Below the pieces are notes generated by a model. The model was given only the letters and a program-made list of their open reading frames with translations, did not search any database and was not told the DNA's origin. Shown here piece after piece: positions 24,910 through 36,486 of a DNA stretch of 64,000 bases. Both the position numbers and the translations under genes were made by a program. Positions within the stretch are counted from its first letter, which is position 1. The number at the start of each line of letters is the position of its first letter. The DNA comes from Paraphysomonas bandaiensis (taxonomy: Eukaryota > Protista > Chrysophyceae), in NCBI GenBank assembly GCA_965644295.1, contig CBFFRP010000184.1, forward strand, positions 1-64,000. The letters run 5' to 3'.

Positions 24910-25493
24910 AGTTATATCGTACTGTGCTGTTGCAGCTCGATGCTAATGTATTGTATGGTTGAGTGTGGTATGATATGGGAGACCATCCACACACACACCT
25001 CTCCATATATCCACACCACTGTACAACTGTACCAGCGATGTACGAACACACCTGCCACACACCACATGCTGCTGTATACGTACATCAGACCATTCAAATG
25101 ACGGTTCGTCATACAAAATACTGCTCTGTAGTACTCCGTACACTCCTCACCTTCAACAGCAAAGCAGGCGCTTCGAAATAGCATAGTTTCTGCCAACAAA
25201 AACTGGAGTATTCTGAGCACGAACTCAGAAGGTGTAAAAAAAAGGCAGTTACATTCTGCCTCTGTTTAAAGTGAAGAAAGATGTTCGAGAAAGAATACTC
25301 GGAAGTTACTTACACTGAAGTGACGTAAGCGACTTGGAATTGAAGTGAAGTGAAGTGAAGGTGGTGGTATCGCTATAGTTACAGCACATCTGTGTATCTG
25401 TGCTGTCGAGGCTAGAGGGTATCTCAGTCTATTGCCATACAGCTGTATCATATAATACCACCCCACTTATAGTCTGACGCTGATAATAGCCGT

Positions 25494-27692
25494 ATGACAG
25501 TCGGTAACACTGAATCTCTCGACCCTATTGATAGGGCCAGTAATAGCGCGAGGCCAGGCACCGCCAAATCGTGTAGATCAAGCGATGCAGGCGGTAAGAG
25601 GAGGAAGAAGAAGAGGGTGCCACTCTCTATAGAGGATATATTCAACAAACCCTCCACAGTAACAGCCTCGAACATAAACCCTCCTCCTGCTAGAGTTGTA
25701 CTTACCCCAAGGAGTGCAGAGGCGTGTCTTAAGCTCGGAGTCAATCCAGAGGTGATTAAGATACGAGACATTGACTCTTTCTGGGAGCCGAATATAGACC
25801 CCTCTGTGCAACGGATGAGGCACGAGGCTTATGTGCAGCGCAGATACGAAGTTATGAAGCAGCTACGTGCTGAGAGAAAGAAGTTAATGAACACAGACTT
25901 TCAGCCGTCGGAATCTCCTGGTGCAGGTCTCACACCGGACACGATTCTAAAGCAACAAGAGGCTGAAAACCAAACTATTATTGAGATGGAGAAAAAGAGG
26001 ATCGAGAAAATGAAGCAGCGTCAAGAAAGGGAACTGGAGCAAATGCTTCAGTACGAAGTCAATCGTGCAAAGTTACAGCAGGATATGGAAAAACGTATTC
26101 AGGTTAGCAAGAAAAAAGAAATGATGAGGAAGAAACAGCAGGAGAAGCGGATGAAACTGATGGCGGAGGAGAGAAGGCTCAGAGAACTACAAAAACTAGC
26201 TATGGAAGAGGCCGAGGAGTCTAAGAGGCGCGCACTTGCAAAGGTAGACAAGTGGTAGAATTCTTGTCAGTTTTGTATGATTATACTAAGTTTCCTGGCG
26301 TTTCATATGACGGTATGTATTAGGTTATGTTTGAACGAGAGCAAAAAGCAATTGAGGACATGAAGCGCAAAGAAGAGCAGGACGCTCGCATTGCCAAGGA
26401 GCAAGAGGTTCTCAGAAAGAAGAAGCAAGAAGAACATCGTATGCAAGTTCAAAGGTAGCCTAGTGTCACATTGATGAGTACTTACCCATGTTAGCTTTAA
26501 CGTAGAGTAATATATGGATTTGTTATGTAAATGTTCTCAGTTTGAAATCGATAGGTACTTTACTGAAGAGCAAATGAAGCTCCGATCTCGGCTGGAGTCC
26601 ATGAAAGAGGCCGAGATACGTAAGCAAAAAGCAATAGAAGAAGCTCAGAAGCAGAAACGGAAAGAGCTGAAGAAGAAACGCGAGGTTGTAGAGAAGCGCA
26701 TAGCTCGGAATATGGAAATGGCAGCTGAAGTTGAAAGGAAGCGCAAAGACGATTTCCTGAGAAAACAAGAGAAAAACGAGAAGCTGCGTAAACAGCACCT
26801 GGATGAGATGGAAAGACAAAGGCAGCTGCATGCCCAAGAGGTGGAGATGCAGGAGCAGCGGAGGCGTATGATTATGCTTCAGCAGAGGCGTGAGGAGGAG
26901 CTTAAGAAAGAAGAGTTAATCCGTAAGTTCGAGGAGGACGAGAAGCACGTCGAGGAGATAAAATCCATGCATCAGCACGAACAGGAATTGATTAAAGAAA
27001 GAAAGGCACTCCAGGTTCAGATGAAGGCAGAGAATGTCGAGAGAGTAAAGCGGATGGCTGAATATCAAAGACTCAATACTTTAAAGAAGATTGAGAAGAA
27101 TGAAGAGTAAGTGTTTCTCAATCATTTGTTTACCCAGGCTGATGAATTCGCGCATGGATGCATATGTACTGATATGTCTACAGCTTGTTCGCTACCTACC
27201 GTCTTATATGCTGCATTGGTTGAACATGATGATATTGGTCTCATCATATCTTTACTCCACAGGCGCACAAATTCTTTGCTGGAAGCTCGCAAGAAACTTA
27301 TTCAGCAAAGACGAGAAACGGCTGTCAAAACAAAGAAACAGAAGGATGACATCAACAAGCTCATGGAGAGTGTTCGTACGGACCAATCAAAAGCTAATAA
27401 AATTATTTCGATGGCTCTAAAAGGTAATATGTCGATAAACACTATTATGACACCAGAGCGTGCATCCACGACCGGAAGAAGGAAGAAAGCGAAGCGAAGT
27501 AAGACTTCGAAGTCAATGCTCAGTTCTAATGAAAGAGAAAAAAGTTCGTTTTCTGCTGGTGACAGTGGCTTATCGAGATCAATGGGTGATAGCATGAAGT
27601 TCGAAAGGGACAACATGCACCCTGAACCGAAGCCGTACGTGTCTCCCTATGAAACTTCTACCCCAGCTAAGCCCCCAAAAGTAACCCTATAG
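25494..27692 (+). CDS. E/K/R-rich coiled-coil protein (trichohyalin-like, probably flagellar/centriolar), 4 exons
   Basis: Exons 25494-26243, 26324-26454, 26555-27106, 27263-27692 splice in frame. N-terminal motif LTPRSAEACLKLGVNP, then ~450 aa of charged helix. Confidence 0.85.
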
Positions 27693-28896
27693 ACAATGAA
27701 ATTCTACGTGCGTTGGCATATTTTGGCGATATTTTGTATGTTATTTGTCCTGCACCAGCATGTTTGTAAAGTGCTAGTCGTTGCCTGTTGCTACAGTGAA
27801 TTGCGATCAATTAATGACATGCAGTTATCAGTGTGAGCAGTAAGTAAATATTTAAATGAATCTAATTAAATAAAAAGTAATCTATGAAACAACACACAGA
27901 GGGCATCAATGAAATTGAAAGAAAATTCCATTTTCTTTTTTGTTACGCTATACATAGCGAAAATAATTTCATCATTGCGCCAAAAAGCAACTGAGTAGAG
28001 AGTAGATAGCTGTGCTAAATATATTGTTCCCTAGCCCCGGCTGTGAAGTAAATAAAGAAAAGCTTTCTTCAATTACATTTCGTAAATCATTTAGAACTGT
28101 CATATTAGCAGTAATAAAAGCACTACAAAGCGAACTAAAAATGACTTCTATCAACATCCATAACAATGCCTTTGCATCTCCGCAAAATGAATCGCTACAA
28201 TCAGATAGGATGTTGTGGATTTTGCCTTTTCCTCATTGTAAATTGCTGGTCCGCTTGAAATCGTGGGCACATCCATACACTTTCGAAACTTAAATAAGAG
28301 CAGTAATCTCACTCAATGATCAGTTTGTACAAATAGACTGATATCAACCCTTTGTTAGAGAAATATAGATCGCTGTAAACATATAGCTTATATTCTGTTA
28401 GCCACACTGGCAGCTGTAGTAGTTTAAGCTGTGTCTTCGCATTATTCTATCGCCTTATGGGCTCATAATGTACCTCTCTATGGGTCGGTTTAGTGACACT
28501 GGGCATCAACACATAGGGAAGAACAGCCTATTGGTTGTGATCCATACACACAACGCCGTTGAAATTTGTTTACGGCGTGCTGGAGTTGATGTGAATAGAG
28601 GAGGATTATTCTCATCACGTTACCGCACTGGAGACTATCCTCGCCATAATACAGCAGAGAATACCGTATATATATATATATACGGTATATTATACACATA
28701 CAATACACGCAATATACCTATACGGTATAACCGTATAACCACACCACACTCCAATTCATTCGTAGAGCAGCCGTGATGTTTCTGCTATACTAACGAGTAG
28801 TATGAGTATGGTATAGTATAGCAGTGTATAGCATGTACAGCACAGTGTGAGTAGAGGACACTGCTTGTTATCATATCACAGAACAATATATCCGGC

Positions 28897-29405
28897 ATGA
28901 ACTCTCACGGGAACAAAGAGGACAGAGCCTCCGGCAAGCACATCAAGTGGGACGAGGAAGTTATATCTGAGCACGACAGAGAGAGAGGCACCCGACAGAA
29001 GGTACCCGTATATATACACACAGTACATGCTATCTGACCCCTCTCATGCAGATAGATGAGCCGCCTACACCTTACTCCTACGCTAATGTGGATGCTGATG
29101 ATGAATGCGACGAGCATGACACACGTGCCCCGAATAAAGCCCTTCAAGAAGACGTGTCGCATAACTGGGAGGCTCTTAACGCTAAATTAAATTTCGAATC
29201 ACAGCAACAGAAAATAGAAGAAGATGAAAGATTAGAAAGATCACGAATTGGAGAACCCCACGCTGATGATGACGTCCCGGGTGCTGGAAAGAAACGACCA
29301 GCCAAAGATTCTTTTGCAGAAAAGCGAGCGGCGCATTACAATGAGTATTTAGTGTTGAAAGCAATGAAAAATAAACCCCTGGAAGATGATGATGAGGATG
29401 CATAG
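28897..29405 (+). CDS. PPP1R2: Protein phosphatase 1 inhibitor-2 (IPP-2 family)
   Basis: Exon 1 KHIKWDE..RGTRQK, intron 29002-29051, exon 2 IDEPPTPY ... FAEKRAAHYNE. These are the RVxF-like, PxTP and HYNE motifs of inhibitor-2. Confidence 0.92.
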
Positions 29406-31832
29406 TTGCTTTCGTTGTTGTCAAACTAATTGAGATATGTAGCTAGCAAGGTCATGCGACTACTTCGAATTTTAAACTATCCTATCGTGCAGTTTCTATA
29501 AATAATATTGTTAACAACGTATGGTTTGATAAAGGTTTCATGTTACTAGTTTACACTGTCTGAAACACATTTAGGAAAAAGAAGAATAGAATTTAGGGAT
29601 TTTAGAAGCGGTTGCAACACGATCAAAAGCAGTAGTTAATGGTCTGATGACATGACATTCCTGGAGTAAGTGCGTGTTATATGATATATGATCCACTGCT
29701 TCGTCCATCCTCCCTGGGCGGCTATATTCGATGGATATTCGATCATGAAATGTACAGTGCATAGTGTAATAATTGTAATGTTTTGTAACATACCTACTTT
29801 AATTTCTCACCATCATCACTACCACTGATTTCTAATTGCACTCATCATCCGATTAATGACGACTGCAGTAAAATAAGCGCACATCAGTTTTTGACATGTT
29901 CATTTGAATGGTAAAACTTTAATAACTGAATGCTGATTAATCAAAACTAAAAGCATAATCTTGTACGGTCAAAGTACTTCTCAGCTTCTCAAACATATTT
30001 CGCAACATATGTATATTATTAATTCATGGACTACAGCTGTCAACTACTGTATATTGTATTCAAGTAACAGTAATAATAGAATACCTTAAATAAATGTAGC
30101 TATTCAAATCATCACAAATGCAAAAATCTCAACACTCACTCTCAATTCAAAGCTGTATATAGAATTTTCACATCACTAAACAGAACTGACAGATAAGCAA
30201 CCACCAAAAACCCACTAGGACAAACAGGTGGGCGTATGACCTCTCACCTTGCTTGGACATATTGTTGCTGATGACTTCCTTGAGCTTTTCTAATCTTCTC
30301 CTAAACGCCTATCTCTTATAAATTAACAATCCTTTTTATTAATGACAATACTCAAAGATTTGGTAAAAATAGCAGCAGTTTGATCGCCAGTACTAACAGT
30401 GTCGCTCGCTGTATTGAATAGACCATCCGAGTGGCTTTGCACAGTTGAAGTCCTAGATCGGTCAACACCTCCCAAAGCCACATCAATCCCTGAATACTGC
30501 ATACACGGCTTGATTCTCACTCTCCATTGATGAAGTCGAGACTGTGACTTGAGAAATTGATTGCCAGGTAAGTGGTCCACCAGTAGCAAATACATGTAAC
30601 AAATCTACTGCCCAATCTGTATCGATTAGGATATGCTGTCGAAGCTGTTTCCACTAAACCGGATCCTCTTTCCGATATACAGTAATAGATGTCATCAACT
30701 AAAATATAGTCCGGGTTGGCTTAGCAGCATATCGAGATAAAGTATAATTAGTATCAGGTTTAATATTTTTGACACATAACATAACATCGCGCCGATATAA
30801 ACTGTAATAGAGATAGTTTTTGGCCCCTTCTTACTCATCGGAATATCCTGAGCTTGATGATTGATACTGTCCATCGTCATGGCATCTGAGAAACTCAGCG
30901 CAGTTATCCAAGATTTTCTCAGTATTGGCTCCGATACATACATATGGCGTAAAACCCAACGACTTCAGAAACGTATTGATGGCCTTCCACTGTGATCGAG
31001 GCGAGCAGATACCGTGTGCAGATACTATGTCTCACTGGAAGCGTAAAGTCAGGAGGTGGGTTCATAAACGCGTCATTTTCATGGGTCACAGAATTTGGTA
31101 CACTGCCTGCGCTTTGTTGATACATACAGTACATCACTGTTGATTAGTTGCACAATATCAGCAACATGTAATAGAATTTTCTCCTCTACCTGCTCTCAAC
31201 CGCTAGAACCACTAGTACTCTAAATATGACAATCAAACCTTTCCAATAACCACAACTCCTGTGGTCTTAAACAGGAATCCATCATCAACGTGATAAGATC
31301 CCATCATATGTTGAATTCATCAACTGCACGATCATCGAAGTCGCTTTATACAACTGCAGCCTCTTGCAATAGTTAAGGTAATTCTATTCTTTAGGAGAAA
31401 TGCTCTTCTTGATTGGAAAACCTGAATCAGGTAGCATGTGGTCAGAGTCATCTCCTCTCATTGTATTGTATTCAACTCCGGAGTATTGTAGTCCTAAACT
31501 TGCTACTGGGGTATCGCTGAGAATAGACTAGTCAATTAGTTCAGCGCTCCTATTTATCCTAATGATGCTATTTTAGTCGGTGGTCGCCGGGGCACATCGG
31601 TGGTTTCTAATCAAGCCTATTCTTGGTTTTCTCTAGTACATATTGGTTGTTCTGGGCCTGAGTGAATACTCCCACAGATCATATCAATATTCCTAGCAGG
31701 AAAGGCAACTCACATATACTGTATATAGGTATATATCGGCAATCACCTTTTCTAAGAATCACGTAGATTGCAGCTCATCGTCATACTTCCCGGGATATGA
31801 CACTCTGCTGATGATTTGGAATTTGCACACTA

Positions 31833-32043
31833 TCTACATATATATATACACTGAATATCTGATTATTACGAAAACCAAGCTTGTGCGAAGCCAACCTAAC
31901 AACTCGCTCGATACTATAAGCATAACATATATATGCTTTCACTCCCCAACCAAAAGCCGGACTCGCACCTTTTTGTGGTGTTCTGGGGGATAAGTACTGG
32001 AGATATTTCTCTACCGGGAAATTAACGCGGGCAGGGATACTAG
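31833..32043 (+). mobile_element. Possible small non-autonomous Helitron-like element
   Basis: 5' A|TCTACATATATATATAC; 3' degenerate GC hairpin (CTCTACCGGG-AAATTAA-CGCGGGCAGGG) followed by CTAG. The 3' flank is A rather than the expected T. Confidence 0.35.
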
Positions 32044-33272
32044 AATAAGTGTCAATTGGGGGGGTAAGTACCGGAGAGATTTCTCCGCCGGAAACTAACG
32101 TGAGCCGATAACGAAAACTCCGCATATATATTATGTAGTTGAACTACAAGGTATTGACTTGGTGAATTGTAAATAATGATTAGAGATTACATATGTAACA
32201 TGTCGGTACATTGTACTAAGTGTGTGGATATGCATGCATGTGATGTGATATCCATTCATTCAAGATACATCGTGCGTATGCAATAGAGAAACTACGGAAG
32301 CGAAGTTTATACTTCAACTCTCCCCCTTAAACTAAGCGTACGTTCTGAATGATATGGAAATGCATATCTATACTTACAGTAATACACAATAATATCACAG
32401 CACACAAGCATTTAATGAGAGCAACGAAAAAGAATTGACCTGAAATGTCTAAATTCTGTTTTGCGAAGGAGTTTAGTCATAACTTCGGCAACATTGTTGG
32501 CAGAATCAACAGACACGAAACGAACGATATTGCTTTGAACGAGTTGTCGAATGAAATGATGACGAATTTCGAAATATGTTTAGACCGCTTGTGGAAGACT
32601 GGGTTAACCGATAGATTAATGATGTGTTGTCGACTTTGATTTCCAGGGTATCTGGTTGGATGGGTTTTGCAGGTGGGCGCGGGAAAGTCAATGGACAATG
32701 TGGGGTTTATGGCTGCCCCCCATTGATGTATATTGAAGATGTTAACGGTCACATTACTTGAATCCTTGGATTATCGGGAGAACTTCACAGGATGCACACT
32801 GAGCATACCTTCTGCAAATTACGGCTCTAGCAGTATCTCATACTCTTGTAAGGGCCCTCTTCCACTTCACTGTCTCTTCTGATGGTAATAACCACACACA
32901 TGAAGCAGTTGTCTCAAGCGGTTAAAAGTCATCGTACTGGTCTTGCACAGCATGAAGCTTGCGGTACAGTGAAGTCAAGTCAGTCCATTAACGACTCCAT
33001 CAATCGTCCTTTTTGTTTTAATCTGCAGGTTGGGTCATAATTTCACCCCACAATAGACTGTCTGTGTGTCTATTTATGGTCACATGACCCTCATATACAA
33101 CACACTCCTGCCAGTATACCAGCAACCGTATATACAAAATACATACTCTAATAATACGTAATTTACACAATTTTACATAGTTTCGACCGTTTAGAGAAAC
33201 CACAACAGCCGGGTGTAGATGTACGCAGAATTGCATGCATATTATCAAGCAAAACGACTGAAGCTGTGTTGC

Positions 33273-34106
33273 TCAAGGTGGCATCCAACGTGGGTGGAGG
33301 AAGTAAATACGGGTCGAAGGATGACGTTGGATAAATAAAGCTTCATTGGATGAGCTAACTGTGTTGTCCTTGGGTGAGTTGGATGTAACAGAGGAATTAC
33401 TGACGTGACAAATGTCGTTCGGAAAACGAGCAACAGGTTCACATATTGCAGGACCTGTAATAAGGAGATCCGCAGTCCAATACCGCATATCATAATGAAA
33501 GTGGATTTGATGGCGTGCGCCATTGTGTATGATGGAGGCGATCTTGTCTCCATTATCCATCTGCCTGAAATGCCAACCCTGGTTGAACATAAGTCTTTCG
33601 GATAATAAATTCTGTGATATCTGGGGATAATATTTGACTCTCTTAAAGAAGGAAATATCGCCCTCTCCAGACGCTTTGAGCTGATGGTTATCGGTAACCT
33701 TAATAAAATGACGTGATGTTGGTACAAAACATGATAAATGCGTACAATCATTAACCAAGTGGTCAAAGCATCCGCCATCAAGAGCAAAGCGCATAGTTAA
33801 GGCTGATGAAGTCTTTGGGGCCACTGCAGAAGATGGAAGGACCATCAAGACACCATTGGAATCACTACTATGTGTCTGTGAATAAGGGGAATCATCAGTA
33901 TCCATGAACTGTACATGTCTGGTCGGTGCACGGTGTGAGCCAGAGCGGCCTCTGTCACGATTTGATTTGGGTGGGCGTCCACGTCCACGACCGCTTCTGT
34001 TGACCAAACATGAGGGCCTAGGGTTAGGAGCATGCTGTGGAGCATTGTGGGGCACTTCCGGTTGTCGTGCAGGAGGTGCGGGGGGTTTAGGCCTCTTCGG
34101 GCACAT
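33273..34106 (-). pseudogene. Copia gag-end/aspartic protease remnant ORF
   Basis: RG-rich gag tail, then DGGCFDHL, IKVTDNHQLKASGEG and VKYYPQISQNLLSE, the usual copia protease region; no integrase or RT follows. Confidence 0.75.
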
Positions 34107-34556
34107 AATGTACGAATTGACCGCAACGCAAACTGGTGTGTGTACATCCTCCAAATCCCGTTTTTTCTTGGAGGGTGAAAACTTGGGGTTTTGGTAACAA
34201 TGTTTCGGAGAATGGTTTCTGAGACAATGCGGACACACTGTGGGAATAAGTCGATCCAGCGGAATATGTCGATCCAGCAAAAAAATCGACCTTTTTTCGT
34301 TTATTTCTCTGAAATATATTCGTCAAAAAACAACATGCATCAAAAAAGCCGGGATTTTTTTGCTGGATCGTTATTCCCACAGACAGAAATCAGTGTGTCC
34401 GCATTGTCTCAAATTCTCCGGAACATTGTGTACCAAAACCCGAAGTTTTCACCCTCCAAGAAAAAACGGGATTTGGAGGATATACACTGCTGCTGCTGCT
34501 GCTGTTTGCGTGCGGTCAATTCGGATTGTCATTGTCATGAACTGCCCGAAGAGGCC
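34090..34556. mobile_element. Foldback MITE (~467 bp) with ~200-bp imperfect TIRs
   Basis: Starts GGCCTCTTCGGGCA and ends TGCCCGAAGAGGCC, flanked by TA on both sides. Arms match over long blocks (ATCCTCCAAATCCCGTTTTTTCTTGGAGGGTGAAAACTT and its reverse complement). Confidence 0.88.
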
Positions 34557-36486
34557 TAATGGATCCGCTACCAAGTTGAACTCCAAGGTATAAATAACGA
34601 TTAGAGATTACAGATGTAACATGTCGATACATTGGACTAAGTGTGTGGATATGCATTCATTCAAGATACGTCGTGCGTATGCAATAGAGAAACTACGGAA
34701 GCGAAGTTTATACCTCAACTATGTTGTTAGCAGATAATTTTTTGTCCACTCATAGCCGAATACTTGTAGACGACTTGGGGTCCTGACGAATAAACAAACA
34801 TCTGGGGCAGATGGCTGCTTGCTGAAGTCAAGCATCCGGGCTGTTGAAGTTAGCAATAATTATTCAGAACATTTGATTCATCATATAATGGCACATTTAC
34901 TGAGTGCGTGTCCTCATTCTTCTCGTCTCTCTCCTTTCTACGCAGATACTTGTTCCATTCTAACTACATTTTTCGAAGGTTTAGAGGTCGCTTTTATTTT
35001 TTCGAAAATTAAGTTTTTTGTTGATGCTTCAGGAGTTATTTTCCTTCTGTTGTCGATGTTGTGCTCGGTGTCTGAATTGAGATACATGATGTCTATTTTT
35101 CCGTACACATAGCAATACTCAATAGAGACACTCTTTTTCCTGATCATGTATATATTATAGTGACGTATTGAAATCGTTAAGCAATACCACCTTTCAAGTA
35201 CAAGTTAGTATATAGGTCTTCGAATTCCTGACGAGTTTCGAGTGCGCATCGCAACTTTGTAATTAGCATCATCAGTGGAAGGCTCTCCCAGTTCTGCCAC
35301 GTTTCTGTTCCTTGAAATAATCAATTTCCCACACGCAAACTCTCGTGGTAAAATTTAAAACTAGCATGTTGCAACTCACCAATTTATATTTCGTTTCCCC
35401 ACGAAATCTTTCTTTTAACATCGCAAAGAAGTCGAAGTTCCTTAGGAGGGTCGTCATATGGAAGCATGTTCTCTCTTCAGCATTCGTCGACGATCTAGAT
35501 TGCTTCTGCCACGGGTTGAACTTCCTCAAAGATTGAGCTAATACAAGTATCCTTCCACTCCAACTACTTATCGAGATCCATCTCATGCTTTCTTTTACTA
35601 CTATTGACGCATTGTCTGCAGGCCTCCTTGGTTGATCCTTTAGACGTAAATGGTTTAGACTCTTGCGTAGGAGCTATACATAGAGTTTCTTAGTCCAGTT
35701 GATCACCCCGAACTTATTGAACATTGAAAGCTTCTTTCAGAATGAACTACCATCATATCAGTGTTTGCTTTAGGATGGTTAAAACTTTAATAACTGAATA
35801 TTGAATTCACTCAATAATAAATTTGTAAAATTATGATCAACATCACTTACCTTCTATTTTGTCAATCGCTGAATTTATACACTCCTTCTCCTACCAATCA
35901 ATATTATCAGGTCTTAGATAGGCAAGATCTTGTACGGTCAAAGTATTCTCAGATTTTCAAACATATTTCGCATCATATCATATTATTAATTCATATACTA
36001 CAGTTGTCAACTACTGTATGCAAGTAACGATCATAATTCGAATACCTTAAAAAAATGAAGCTTTTTACTTGATCACAAATACAAACATAACAGAGTACAT
36101 TCTTCTAGACTTACTTCGGACTCGTAAGAGAAGGCGTAATGAACGCGACCAGAGAGTTGAGAGATGGACTGGAAGTTTAAAGTATGTGAAATGTGAACGT
36201 ATATATGGTTGTGGAGGCTACTTATTTCTCTTCCGCGTTTATATGTAAATGGAATAGCTAAATGTAAGACGAAGGAGTATGGCTTGTAGTATTATTGTAT
36301 GTCATTACAATTGCTTGCACCAATTATATATATTCGTTATTGTACACATCAACATATATATGCATTACGATTATGAGTTGATAAAAAGTAAACGATTGAC
36401 CACTATGGAATATTCTACATGATTATCTGAGCACTGATAGCTACACAACATCTAGTTGTACACTAATACTTCATTTACTAAAATCT

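Larger units (their letters stand above)
32137..34720 (-). mobile_element. Internally deleted copia-type LTR element nested in the outer copia
   Basis: LTRs 32137-32319 and 34574-34720, with AGTTGA..TCAACT ends and ATGT flanks. PBS TGGTAGCGGATCC (34561-34573, minus strand). PPT AAGGGGGAG next to the 3' LTR. Protease-like FALDGGCFDHLVN; RNase H pieces NPVFHKRSKHI and NVAEVMTKLL. Confidence 0.88.
29897..36087 (-). mobile_element. Old decayed Ty1/copia LTR retrotransposon (outer element of nest)
   Basis: Diverged direct repeats ~29897-30126 and ~35762-36087 (shared ATCTTGTACGGTCAAAGTA..CAAACATATTTCGCA). Outer ends TG..CA; near-TSD TGACA/TAACA. Broken minus-strand fragments: gag knuckle-like GHALSKC (~34900), RT-like pieces (~30780-31250), RNase H end STGDQTAAIFTKSL (~30350-30395). 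Confidence 0.75.

Noticed and set aside
27950-28800. Short ORFs between the coiled-coil gene and IPP-2
   Set aside because: No recognisable domains or consistent splice pattern; treated as intergenic.
33245-33787. 180-aa minus-strand ORF
   Set aside because: Alternate frame over the copia protease remnant; no domain motifs.
34561-34573. tRNA 3'-end-like sequence GGATCCGCTACCA
   Set aside because: It is the retroelement primer-binding site; there is no cloverleaf upstream. No tRNA or rRNA genes were recognised in the window.
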